Shown piece after piece: positions 7,990 to 17,546 of a stretch of DNA of 31,538 nt (position 1 is its first letter; the number at the start of each line of letters is the position of its first letter). The DNA lies in the IMG/VR virus record IMGVR_UViG_3300025078_000015, positions 1 through 31,538 of that record; one strand, given 5' to 3'. A program made the translations under genes and the position numbers. This stretch comes from a virus. Its lineage: Duplodnaviria; Caudoviricetes. Below the pieces are notes generated by a model, which was given only the letters and a program-made list of their open reading frames with translations, was not told the origin of the DNA and made no database searches.

Positions 7990-8373
7990 TTATTTTTTGT
8001 TGTTGCGAAAAATTTGAGTGCCTTTTATACCAAATATACTAGCACACACTAAAATCCAGAGATTAGTGAACCAGGACGGAAGTGCCTGAAAGTGTTCGAA
8101 GAAAAGATTTATTTTGGTCATAGCTTCAGGATCATCTGACCAGACTCCATAGGCAAGTACAATTATAGGCAATGTGAGAATCAATAAAACGATCTCGTCC
8201 TTGTAGTCGTTTTGTCTAGCTTCTAAAAGTTTGCCGCTATACTCCAACTGTCCAGAACTCATTTTTTCTGCGTGTCTTAATTGTGCGTCTGCCATACGCA
8301 TTTTAGTTTCTTGTCTTTTTTTATAGATATGACTACCAGCACTCATAGCCATTTTGATTGCACTAAACCACAT
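7990..8373 (-). CDS. Putative holin
   Basis: Two C-terminal TM helices plus amphipathic N-terminus and basic tail; overlaps the endolysin gene. Confidence 0.6.
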   Translation of the reverse strand: MWFSAIKMAMSAGSHIYKKRQETKMRMADAQLRHAEKMSSGQLEYSGKLLEARQNDYKDEIVLLILTLPIIVLAYGVWSDDPEAMTKINLFFEHFQALPSWFTNLWILVCASIFGIKGTQIFRNNKK

Positions 8374-8827
8374 AATCTTGAAACCCCTCTTTTTCTAACC
8401 AATCAGGAACATTAAAACTTGGACATTCTTTTTTATCATCAACCTGGTAATGACCTATAATCTTTTTAATTTGTTTAAAATCTTCTGGCACTTCATATCT
8501 TTTTATTAAATCTAATATTAATGACTTTAATGTAACAAACTGTGCATCATTAAAATTATTAGACCAACCGCCATTAGCATCTGATCCACCAATCATACAA
8601 ACTGCAACGCTTCGATAATTGGTTGTTGGATTGTGTGAACCTTGCATTTCTTCAGGACGTGCTGGTTCTATTGTTCCATCACGAGTAATAATAAAATGAT
8701 AACCTACATCGTCCCATTTATTTTCGCCTACGTGCCACTCTCTTATTTTTTCTACACCTATATCCATTGTAGCTGGTGTAGCTGAACAATGTATAACGAT
8801 TGTATCTGTTAATTCTCTTTTAATCAT
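8363..8827 (-). CDS. N-acetylmuramoyl-L-alanine amidase endolysin (T7 lysozyme/Amidase_2 type)
   Basis: IVIHCSAT, DVGYHFII, IIGH and KECPSF zinc-amidase motifs. Confidence 0.92.
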   Translation of the reverse strand: MIKRELTDTIVIHCSATPATMDIGVEKIREWHVGENKWDDVGYHFIITRDGTIEPARPEEMQGSHNPTTNYRSVAVCMIGGSDANGGWSNNFNDAQFVTLKSLILDLIKRYEVPEDFKQIKKIIGHYQVDDKKECPSFNVPDWLEKEGFQDYVV

Positions 8828-9591
8828 TTTGAACCATACGTTAATTCTAAAGTGTCCATTGTAATTGTTCTTACTTCTTGAATCTTACTGTTATAAATAG
8901 ATAAATCAACCACACCCCAAAACCAACCAGTTGTTGAGAGTTTTGCATATCTTTCAACATGATTCATAGGTAAAGCACAACCTACATTTACAACTCTTAT
9001 ATAATTTGAATCTCCAATTTTAGGACAGCGAACATCATTAAATTTATGCGTATGGCCGAACACCACATCGAATAAACTATTCTGTCCGATATTTCTTTCA
9101 ACATTAACACCACCAAATTCCCTACCCATAATGTTAAAAGGTACGTGAGTGAACCCTACTCCGTCTATAAAATAGAACTCCCCATATCCACTCGTAGTCC
9201 AGCCATACTTCTTTAAGGTTCTGAATAGTTCTCGCTTACCCATTTGATAATATTCAGGATTGTTATCTTCCCATTTCCAAAGTCGGTTCTCGTGATTACC
9301 TAACGTACAATGTTTTTTAACTTTATAATTTCCAATACCTTTATTTAATTCTTTTAAAGCCGCATCAAAGGATTCAATGTCTTTAATAAAAGTTCCTTTA
9401 TTTTTTCTAGCTTCCATCGTTGCATTGTCGATATGCCAACAGCAACTATCTAAACTTAAAAAATCTCCTATTTGTATAACGTAATTTGGTTTTGTTTTTT
9501 TAATATGTTTTCCTATCCACCTAAAACGATCTTTAGGTATATTAGGTCCATCGTGAGCATCAGGAATGACGCAGACTTTAGTTATCTTCAT
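8824..9591 (-). CDS. Calcineurin-like metallophosphoesterase
   Basis: PDAHD, QIGDFL.LD, LGNHE, FTH, FGHTH motifs. Confidence 0.9.
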   Translation of the reverse strand: MKITKVCVIPDAHDGPNIPKDRFRWIGKHIKKTKPNYVIQIGDFLSLDSCCWHIDNATMEARKNKGTFIKDIESFDAALKELNKGIGNYKVKKHCTLGNHENRLWKWEDNNPEYYQMGKRELFRTLKKYGWTTSGYGEFYFIDGVGFTHVPFNIMGREFGGVNVERNIGQNSLFDVVFGHTHKFNDVRCPKIGDSNYIRVVNVGCALPMNHVERYAKLSTTGWFWGVVDLSIYNSKIQEVRTITMDTLELTYGSK

Positions 9592-9803
9592 AATTTATTG
9601 CCTACAAAATATCCAATAGTTACAGCTATAATATATCCTAACCATATTACAACCTTCAGACCCCCTTTTCCCATATTGGCATAAGCAGACAATTTTTTTT
9701 GTTCTTCTTTAATTGAACATAACTCTTTTTTGATATGCGTTAATTCTGTTTTAATCTTAACTATCTCTAAACCATTTTTAACACTATGATTAGCTTTAGG
9801 CAT
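9588..9803 (-). CDS. Coiled-coil plus C-terminal TM protein (XhlA/holin-like)
   Basis: Heptad region followed by GKGGLKVVIWLGYIIAVTIGYFV. Confidence 0.6.
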   Translation of the reverse strand: MPKANHSVKNGLEIVKIKTELTHIKKELCSIKEEQKKLSAYANMGKGGLKVVIWLGYIIAVTIGYFVGNKL

Positions 9804-10029
9804 CGGTTTCCTTTTTTGGTATTAATGGTTTATTAGTACAAGTAAATTTAAAATATATTCCATATTGATTAATTTCTTTTCTGCCTATTGATTGTGATTT
9901 TTTAATAGCTTCTTTATATCCAAAGTTCAAACAATCATACATGTCATTAAATTGTGTGGGCCATTGATAAGGCGACATACAACTTGCTTCTATATAAGAA
10001 CACATCATGATTGTTAGGAATATTTTCAT
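9796..10029 (-). CDS. Small exported four-Cys protein
   Basis: MKIFLTIMMCS...C...YDC...KFTC; start at 10029 or 10041. Confidence 0.7.
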   Translation of the reverse strand: MKIFLTIMMCSYIEASCMSPYQWPTQFNDMYDCLNFGYKEAIKKSQSIGRKEINQYGIYFKFTCTNKPLIPKKETDA

Positions 10030-10086
10030 AATATATTCCATATCTGAATTGTTTGAGAAGATAAACCTTTTGAAAAATATATTCTA

Positions 10087-10242
10087 TTACTTGACTTTGA
10101 ACATATCTTTTAAGAAATCTATCCAAAACTTCTGAACTTGCTCTTGATATTTCTTTGCTTGTTCAGGGTTTTCTTTGATAAATTTTTCCACTTGTACTTT
10201 CCATTCAGCATAAGTTGGAATTTCTAAATTAAATTTAAACAT
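10087..10242 (-). CDS. 51-aa amphipathic protein (not in ORF track)
   Basis: AAAGGAGG RBS; MFKFNLEIPTYAEWKVQVEKFIKENPEQAKKYQEQVQKFWIDFLKDMFKVK, then TAA TAG. Confidence 0.75.
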   Translation of the reverse strand: MFKFNLEIPTYAEWKVQVEKFIKENPEQAKKYQEQVQKFWIDFLKDMFKVK

Positions 10243-10260
10243 ATTTCCTCCTTTCTTTTA

Positions 10261-11286
10261 TTACCTTGCATTACAAGGTACTCCATTTGAATTGACAAAA
10301 CTTGCCTCTGCAAATGCCATGTAGAGATATGTTGAACCTGAACCATTGTAACCACCATCAGTATTTCTTATTTTAAAACCATTTGATAAAAAATCTTTAT
10401 CTTGACTAGATGCTGTAACTTCTGCATCTGAACTATCTGCTCGTAATCTATTTTGTGCAACATTATATGTACTTCTTGTTGTGTCCATAATTCTCCAAGG
10501 ATCTGATGTAGTTTTTTTAGACATAACATAAGCTGGTCTAAATCCTGTATAGACAAATGGTCCATCAGCATCTCCATTTCCTGTGTATGTTCCAAACTTG
10601 CTGAAGCCTTGTTTTTCTGCAAAGCAGTAAGCGATATAAGTTCCAGTGTCAATATTATTTGCTGAAGCTTTTGTAAAAACAGAAGAAGTTGGACTTGTAT
10701 CATCCCAAGCATTACTTGATGTTGCTTCTGCGTCTGTTGCTTCTAAAAGTATATATTTTGTATTACCTAATGAATGATGATAAGTGAACCAATTACCTTC
10801 ATAGTCATATCGTTTAGTAATAATCATTTTTGGAACAGCACCTAATCCATGACCAATAGTTGCTGTTGAATCATCACCTGTCCATTTAACTATCGAAAAT
10901 CCAGCAGTAGTATTAGCTGAAACTGTTGATGTTATACTTCCGTCTGTGTTTGATGAACCAGCACCATTTGCTTTCCAGCACCAAGCGACAAAAGCTTCTG
11001 TATTGGTATTAACTTCATTCATGGTTCCAACTGTAAACCCATCTGAATCAAAACTTTTAAGAGATTCTGCGTTTGTTGTTTCTGCATCTGTCACATCAGA
11101 CATTATATATTTAGTAGCTCCTCTAACTGCATCAGTTAAAACATGAAAATCAGCGGCATCTCTATTTTTAATCCAGGTAAAATCTGGTTGAAAACCAACG
11201 CCTGTTAGAGCATTAGATGCTCCTGTGCCTGTATAAAGTTTAGTATTAAAAAAAATACCTGCGTCGTCTATTGCTGTGTATGCCAT
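10261..11286 (-). CDS. Tail fibre / receptor-binding-associated beta-repeat protein
   Basis: Repeated YTG.G, GFQPD.TWIK, GHGLG..PKMII.K, GFRPA units typical of marine phage fibre-tip domains. Confidence 0.75.
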   Translation of the reverse strand: MAYTAIDDAGIFFNTKLYTGTGASNALTGVGFQPDFTWIKNRDAADFHVLTDAVRGATKYIMSDVTDAETTNAESLKSFDSDGFTVGTMNEVNTNTEAFVAWCWKANGAGSSNTDGSITSTVSANTTAGFSIVKWTGDDSTATIGHGLGAVPKMIITKRYDYEGNWFTYHHSLGNTKYILLEATDAEATSSNAWDDTSPTSSVFTKASANNIDTGTYIAYCFAEKQGFSKFGTYTGNGDADGPFVYTGFRPAYVMSKKTTSDPWRIMDTTRSTYNVAQNRLRADSSDAEVTASSQDKDFLSNGFKIRNTDGGYNGSGSTYLYMAFAEASFVNSNGVPCNAR

Positions 11287-11317
11287 ATTTATATTCCTTT
11301 TAACTTGTTAAAAGCCA

Positions 11318-12733
11318 TTATCCATACTCCGCTAAATTTTTAGTACATAGTGCATAATATCCACTTGGTACTGCGTATTCAAAATTTCCATAACCATCGG
11401 CATCTTGGTTCGCTGACGAAACTGTGAAAGCTGGAGAGCCGCCAAAGTTAAATTCCATACTAGAACCTGAACCATAATGTGCTAAAGCTGGAATATAAAA
11501 ATAACCTGTGTCAATATCATAAGCTGACCCAGTTCCTGTTGCACCACTCGTAGGATCGCCACTGTCTTGCCAAGTTCCATTTTTACTAAAATATAATTTC
11601 CCATTATCAAGATCATAAGCACATGCTACTATATCTCCAGCAGTCCAAGTATCTCCCCAAGGAGTTCCTCCACCATTATTGTTTTTTGACCCTTCGCTAG
11701 CATTAGCATAACCTCTAGAATTGTACCCTACATCATCGTATCTTCCATCAGCAGATTGTTTGTTCATAGCATCTGCATCTACAATTCCAAATCTTTCATA
11801 ACCACTAGATGCTTGACAGTTTACTTCAAAATACCATTTGCCACTTGTTGGTCCAAATGTACCATAAGAACTTCTCCAAGTATTATCTGTATTTGTAATT
11901 TTACAATTTCCTTCTACAAAGGTTAAATCATTTGCTTGTGCTTGTAATGGATTCATCGTACAAAAATTATTCGTTGGTGTATCGGTTGCTTGATCGGTTG
12001 CGTCTAGATTAGCTTCTGTTAAATCTGTTCCGCCATTGGCGTCGTTGCCTAAATTATCACTCGCTTCAAAGTCATAATATCCGCCATTTGTTCCAAAAGT
12101 TAATTCTGAAACATCTTTCGGCATCCAGATTGTAGGTGAATCTTCAGAAAATTCACCGAATGAAGTTGGTGTTAATGCTTGACCATCAACAAAAACAGCT
12201 TCCGCTAAATAACCATCAAAATAATTCCCATCATTAGTATGACCTATATCAAGATTTTCTCCGCTAGTATTCATATCAGAATCTAAATCTTGAGTTGGAT
12301 TACTATCGGCAGAAAAACTAGTTTCTTCTACACCATTAACATACATTTTCATTCTATCTCCAGCTGTTGCATTTCCGCTATCCCATACGATTACAATATG
12401 ATACCAAGATGACACATCACGAAAAAGTCTGTTTGTTTTTATTTGACCAGTATATCCACCATTATAGTCATAAAAATTTAAAGCATTATCAGTATCAAAA
12501 CGAAGTGAAGTAAGTTTAGTTCCACTAGATTGACAGCCACATAAATTTTGTGTTGTTCCTAATCCTGATCTTTTACACCAGATACTAAAAGTCCATTGAT
12601 CTTGATTAGTAGGTGTTCCAAAAGCTTTAAGTAAAGTTGGACTATCGGCTCTATTAAACCGACAGGAATTGGCTACGTCATATCCAGTTGATGCTGTTGC
12701 CGATGCTACGTTGCCTGGTAAAATTAAAGGCAT
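11318..12733 (-). CDS. Concanavalin A/LamG-like plus SPRY-domain tail protein
   Basis: WTFSIWCKR, WYHIVIVWD, MYVNG, GYLAE; SGKWYFEV, GDIVACAYDLDNGKLYFSKNG. Confidence 0.8.
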   Translation of the reverse strand: MPLILPGNVASATASTGYDVANSCRFNRADSPTLLKAFGTPTNQDQWTFSIWCKRSGLGTTQNLCGCQSSGTKLTSLRFDTDNALNFYDYNGGYTGQIKTNRLFRDVSSWYHIVIVWDSGNATAGDRMKMYVNGVEETSFSADSNPTQDLDSDMNTSGENLDIGHTNDGNYFDGYLAEAVFVDGQALTPTSFGEFSEDSPTIWMPKDVSELTFGTNGGYYDFEASDNLGNDANGGTDLTEANLDATDQATDTPTNNFCTMNPLQAQANDLTFVEGNCKITNTDNTWRSSYGTFGPTSGKWYFEVNCQASSGYERFGIVDADAMNKQSADGRYDDVGYNSRGYANASEGSKNNNGGGTPWGDTWTAGDIVACAYDLDNGKLYFSKNGTWQDSGDPTSGATGTGSAYDIDTGYFYIPALAHYGSGSSMEFNFGGSPAFTVSSANQDADGYGNFEYAVPSGYYALCTKNLAEYG

Positions 12734-13356
12734 TAAACCTCCAAGATTGGAAACTCACCCAATGGTCTTTCCATAACAGGATTTTCTTCTGTGCCTGTAT
12801 TGACGTATTCGTATAAAGCCGCTAACGCATCTACGTCAGCCGCATTGTCAATGGCAGTTTCCATTTCATTTGATTTAGTTCTTACGTTTGCTCTAAAAGT
12901 TGTAACAGCACTTGGTACTTCATAACTTTCTACATCGGTTGCTTTAATCACATACCAATCTGTCGGAGTTAAGAGTCCACTAGCTTGTCGTTTGATAACG
13001 TCTTTATGTTTATTTTTTAAACCTTCAACTGCAACTTCGCCTTCTGTACCTTTTCCATCAATTTCATCTTGTGCTGTGAATAAAGTATCGGTTAAAGATT
13101 TTGCAGTAGCAGTTCCAAAACTAGCTGTCGCTACTCCATCTGCAAAGTTAAAAGATTGATTGGTGTTAGTGTAATACTTTTCATCTTTCTTGTTTGAATT
13201 ATCAATGACGATTTCGTAAAGTCCAATCGCTTCTCTTTCCTCGTTAGTCCATCTAAAAGAAAATATATTTCTTGAATGACGAGTATCTCCAATAACCAAT
13301 CCTTTTGGTTGATTGATTATTTTTTTTATTTCATTATCTTCTATTAATGCCCACAT
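12733..13356 (-). CDS. Tail fibre assembly-like protein
   Basis: LLTPTDWYVIK...VP..VTTFRANVR pattern; lies between fibre genes. Confidence 0.6.
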   Translation of the reverse strand: MWALIEDNEIKKIINQPKGLVIGDTRHSRNIFSFRWTNEEREAIGLYEIVIDNSNKKDEKYYTNTNQSFNFADGVATASFGTATAKSLTDTLFTAQDEIDGKGTEGEVAVEGLKNKHKDVIKRQASGLLTPTDWYVIKATDVESYEVPSAVTTFRANVRTKSNEMETAIDNAADVDALAALYEYVNTGTEENPVMERPLGEFPILEV

Positions 13357-13359
13357 ATT

Positions 13360-14283
13360 TTAACTTTCAGGTATATTTAAAGTTCTACCGATTTCCTGCC
13401 AGATGCTACCATTGTAACGAAATACGAACAAATCCGTCTTACCATTTGTGTCTGTTGTAGTCGGAGCAGTATCTGCGGCAAAATTAAAAATTGCGTTCCA
13501 GTCAACAGTATAACTTCCATCGTGATTAATTTCTAAACAAATAAATGCTCCTTCAACTGCATTAGTCGGTGCGGCAATAGTCGTGTTTTCTGTTGTTAGG
13601 TAATATGCGTTGCTCTGGCTTTGAGAATCCCAAGCCACAGCATTAGATGTTGAAGTTAATGCTTGTTGAGGAACATAAGCCATGTCATTAAATTTAATTG
13701 CTCCTGTTCCATTTGTTGTAACATCTATATTTCCGTTTGCTCCATCAGCTAAAGTTATATTTCCAGCATTTGTTCCGTTGTTGGTATTTAAAATTAAATC
13801 TTCAGTACCACCAGTCGTTACAGTTAAAGTTCCAGCACCATTTGAAGTTAAGGTTGCGGCCGCTCCACTATCTCCAACTTTTACTGTATCTGCTCCAAGA
13901 ACTACATCTCCTGTTCCATGTGGAGTTATATCAATATCTCTGTTTGAAGTTGAAACTATATCATAAGTTACAACATCTAATTCTCCGCCTAACTGTGGAC
14001 TTGAATCTCCTGATACATCAGCAGTAACAGTATTGTCTAACCAATTTACAGTATTTGCAGAATAGTTAAAAGTACAAAGTGAAATCCAATCTGATCCATC
14101 GTAAAATTTTAAAGTAGGTGTTGTTGCCGAAGTTGTGTCTAGAAATAGCGATCCAGCTGCCGCACTTCCAGGTGCAGAAGTACCAGCGTTAAGCGTGTTA
14201 CTGGCATTTAATATCGTGTTCAGTTCGCTCCTAAAACTTGAAAATCCGATATTACCTAATGTATAATCTGAAACTTGACTCAT
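13360..14283 (-). CDS. Tail fibre protein
   Basis: N-terminal anchor (FRSELN..L...AG.LFLDT..LKFYDG), DSSPQLGG.LD, G/T-rich ITPHGTG/TTNGTG repeats. Confidence 0.75.
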   Translation of the reverse strand: MSQVSDYTLGNIGFSSFRSELNTILNASNTLNAGTSAPGSAAAGSLFLDTTSATTPTLKFYDGSDWISLCTFNYSANTVNWLDNTVTADVSGDSSPQLGGELDVVTYDIVSTSNRDIDITPHGTGDVVLGADTVKVGDSGAAATLTSNGAGTLTVTTGGTEDLILNTNNGTNAGNITLADGANGNIDVTTNGTGAIKFNDMAYVPQQALTSTSNAVAWDSQSQSNAYYLTTENTTIAAPTNAVEGAFICLEINHDGSYTVDWNAIFNFAADTAPTTTDTNGKTDLFVFRYNGSIWQEIGRTLNIPES

Positions 14284-14302
14284 ATTTTATTTTCCATTTT
14301 AT

Positions 14303-14331
14303 TATCTACTATATTTATAAAAACACTTCAA
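14303..14331 (-). promoter_or_regulatory. Putative promoter TTGAAG-N17-TAGATA
   Basis: Intergenic gap before the fibre operon; the same hexamer pair occurs at 25491-25519. Confidence 0.45.
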
Positions 14332-14339
14332 GTTAGCTA

Positions 14340-17300
14340 TTAACTCTTTAATCCATGCCCTTTTGCAACGTAGTCAAACGTACGATCTTGGGCCACTCCA
14401 GACGAGTTGTAAAAGGTTATGGTAAATCCTGTTTTCGTTTTACTGCTTATGGTGTAATAATCCTGCGAAACCATATTTTGGGCCGCTATGCCAATCGCTG
14501 GACTTGCGAAAAATGCGTTAGTATATGTAATAATTTTTGCTCCAGCACCACTAACCACATCTTCTTCACTTTCCAGTCTTTTTTCTAAAGCTAATACAAT
14601 TTGCATACTAGAAACTTCTGGTCTAGCTTTATTATCGGCACTTGTTAATTTAAGTTTAAATTTAAAATATCTTCCTTTAACTGTCGCTTGTTGTGAAATA
14701 TCATTATAGGTTGAGATAGCACCTAAAGAACTTTCACTTGAACCTACTTGAAGAAAAGCATCGCACTTTGACGGAGCAGTTCCATCAAATGGGCCTTGAG
14801 CATCATCAAAGGCACTTGCTCCACGACCACTATCAAATAAATCCCAAAGATCATTAATTGTTAAATCAATCGTTGCCTGAAATGTAGCGTCATAAACGGA
14901 ATCAAGCGATATGGTATGACTACCTATGTATTCTCCAGAACTTTCTATGTTTGCTAAATAATAAGTTGGATTAGCTGTTGCGTCTGTTGGCCCACTATCT
15001 ATTAATCCATCTGCGTCATCAATATCGCCAACAGCAGAATCCCAAAGTAATATCGTATCTAAAGTTGCTATAAAATTATCTGACGAATCCTGTCCTTTAA
15101 CACAATCTCCATCAAAAGTTCCTTCCCAGCTTTGTCCTGTTACAGCATTAATAGTTTCTTCATTATAAGTTCCAACATTTGTATAATGTTCAAGTCCTGA
15201 AATGTTCGTGTAGACGATTGCCTCGTTATCTGATTCGTTACCGAGTTTGTCCACCGCTTTAATAAGATACGCTCCCTCTTTGGAATTTAAGGTAACACTA
15301 TTTGATTTTCTTCTAACAACTTGTGTCAAATTTGTTGATGAGTTCCAACCAGCACCACTTGTTACATCTTGATACCTGATTGCGTAGTATGAAACATCTA
15401 AATCTGCAACAGGAGTCCATTGTAACTGCATTTGATTTGAACCAACCATTGATACAGATAGAGTTGAAACATCACTTGGCGTATCAGAAGCACCAACGAT
15501 TGTTCTTGTAGCTGTTGTATAAGCAGAAGATACTCCAAGAGAATTTATACATTTAATACGAACGGAATATTCCTCTCCATCTATTACGTTTAATTGTTGA
15601 TAATTTAAAACAGCACTAACGCCTTTTGATAAAACTTTATAATCACTTTCAGAAGTTTTTTTAGTTTCAACTTGATAGTATTGTCTAAACTTATCTGTAC
15701 TTGCACCAACTAAAATTTCTAATCGAGTAATTACAATTCCGTCTGAATATTCCAGTAAAGAATCGGTAAGCGTAACGGACGCTGGAGCAACAACAGAATA
15801 AGGATTTGGCAGAGTAGTATCTGGTATTACTGCCGCTTGTGTCTTTGTTGCCCAAGTATAGAAATTCGATTGGTACTCCGTAAGCTGTAACTCTGTGGTT
15901 AAATCGGAATTTACTTGCATACCTTGAACTCTAAATGTCTTTGCAGAGAAAGCTGGAGTTGCGTGAGTTATATTTACAATTTCTCCAACCATTAAATCTA
16001 ATCCTGTCGCATCACATCTTAAAGCAACATTTAAATTATTTCTTGAACGTCTGCATATTAATTCTGCTAGGCCTAACGCTTGATAATATGATGTAATTGT
16101 TTGACTAAAATCAAAACGTCCTTCTTGTAAAAATCCATCTGCTGTCTTCATCGTAGCGTGTTGATCGGCTGACGTATATCCACTATCATCTATTTCTGGC
16201 CATTGTGCCTCATCAACTTGATACGATTTTGATGGATTGACAAATGTAACAATCACTCTGTTAAATCTTGAATTTCTATCTAAACTTGATACTTGAAGAC
16301 CACCAATGATATTATCTTCGGTTAAACTGATTGCCGCACTTCCAGTTGATTCTGATAAAACTTTATATTCTCCATTCGCATAATTTAGATAACCTCTAAA
16401 TCCTGTTACCATTGTTTTTAAATTTTCAATACACTTCTTTTTTGTATCTATAACAGCGTTCATATCCAGCAAATCAATGGCACTAGCGGCAGTATATGGA
16501 GTTACATCAACATCGCATACATCTGCGGCTGTTTGCCAATCAGCATAATCGTCATCAAAAAAACTATTAGCAATACCCATTCCAAATCTTGAATTACGCA
16601 TATAGTCTAACGTACAAAGAACTGGATTATCAGAGTATGCCCAAGTTGAAGCTGTATCTTCTCTATGTGAACCAGTACCACCAGTATTAGTTCCATCTAA
16701 ATTAGGATCATAAACTTTTCTTCCTTTAATGATTGATTTAACATTTGGTATTCCACCAAAACAATCCTGATTCCATTTAAACTTTAAACTTAAATAACTT
16801 ATCCCCCTCAAGCGATGGGCCGAAGTCCAAGATGATAAAGCACCAACTGTTGTATTATAAGTTTGGTCATCATCGCCATCATACCAAGTAACCGATATTG
16901 TTGATTCAGCACTTGAACCATCTACTGTCGGATCAGCTTTATAAAAATTTGAATCAGAACTATCAACTGTTCTTTCTGTTCCATCTGTTAAAGCACCTGA
17001 CCACGTTACTAATTTATCATCTATATAAATTGATTCGCAAGACTCAACTCCGCCTTCACATAAAGCCATTATCATATAAAGATATTCATTATCTGTTCCT
17101 GATGTTTCAATAAAAACTGCTGTTCCACCAACTTTACGTTGACCATAAATAACAGGTAGAGAAGCATTAGAAGATGTTTTATTAACTAGAACACCTTTGG
17201 CGTTTTGCTCTGCTTGTCCGTCCATGTTTGGAGTATCTGGCTGATCTGGTTTTTTTATCCAAGAGATAACCATAATCGCCATATTGATATAGCTTATCCA

Positions 17301-17546
17301 AGGTGTAATTTTTGACAAAAATGGTGCGGCTTTTGCGGCTGTTGATACTACCCAATTAAAAACAGAACTAAAAGGCCCAAAAGATTTAATTCCTGTTTCA
17401 TTTACAGGTTTTCCATATCCACCCCATTTTTTTAATTTGTATTCTTCTAATTTATTAATGTAGGCAATGAACTCGCCTTTAGGTGCATACTTATTTAATA
17501 TTTTTTTTGCTACCTTAACTAATAATTTATCAAACCAATTAAACAT
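14340..17546 (-). CDS. Tail tip / central fibre protein (lambda gpJ-like, with gpI-like N-terminal region and Fn3 domains)
   Basis: LPVIYGQRKVGG, ALCEG, KGRKVYDP, SDNPVLCTLDY, RFNRV.V.F, Fn3-like LQWTPV..YYAIRY. Confidence 0.85.
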   Translation of the reverse strand: MFNWFDKLLVKVAKKILNKYAPKGEFIAYINKLEEYKLKKWGGYGKPVNETGIKSFGPFSSVFNWVVSTAAKAAPFLSKITPWISYINMAIMVISWIKKPDQPDTPNMDGQAEQNAKGVLVNKTSSNASLPVIYGQRKVGGTAVFIETSGTDNEYLYMIMALCEGGVESCESIYIDDKLVTWSGALTDGTERTVDSSDSNFYKADPTVDGSSAESTISVTWYDGDDDQTYNTTVGALSSWTSAHRLRGISYLSLKFKWNQDCFGGIPNVKSIIKGRKVYDPNLDGTNTGGTGSHREDTASTWAYSDNPVLCTLDYMRNSRFGMGIANSFFDDDYADWQTAADVCDVDVTPYTAASAIDLLDMNAVIDTKKKCIENLKTMVTGFRGYLNYANGEYKVLSESTGSAAISLTEDNIIGGLQVSSLDRNSRFNRVIVTFVNPSKSYQVDEAQWPEIDDSGYTSADQHATMKTADGFLQEGRFDFSQTITSYYQALGLAELICRRSRNNLNVALRCDATGLDLMVGEIVNITHATPAFSAKTFRVQGMQVNSDLTTELQLTEYQSNFYTWATKTQAAVIPDTTLPNPYSVVAPASVTLTDSLLEYSDGIVITRLEILVGASTDKFRQYYQVETKKTSESDYKVLSKGVSAVLNYQQLNVIDGEEYSVRIKCINSLGVSSAYTTATRTIVGASDTPSDVSTLSVSMVGSNQMQLQWTPVADLDVSYYAIRYQDVTSGAGWNSSTNLTQVVRRKSNSVTLNSKEGAYLIKAVDKLGNESDNEAIVYTNISGLEHYTNVGTYNEETINAVTGQSWEGTFDGDCVKGQDSSDNFIATLDTILLWDSAVGDIDDADGLIDSGPTDATANPTYYLANIESSGEYIGSHTISLDSVYDATFQATIDLTINDLWDLFDSGRGASAFDDAQGPFDGTAPSKCDAFLQVGSSESSLGAISTYNDISQQATVKGRYFKFKLKLTSADNKARPEVSSMQIVLALEKRLESEEDVVSGAGAKIITYTNAFFASPAIGIAAQNMVSQDYYTISSKTKTGFTITFYNSSGVAQDRTFDYVAKGHGLKS

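Noticed and set aside
10261-14283. Diversity-generating retroelement or invertible fibre cassette
   Set aside because: No reverse transcriptase or invertase, and no near-identical TR/VR repeat pair seen.
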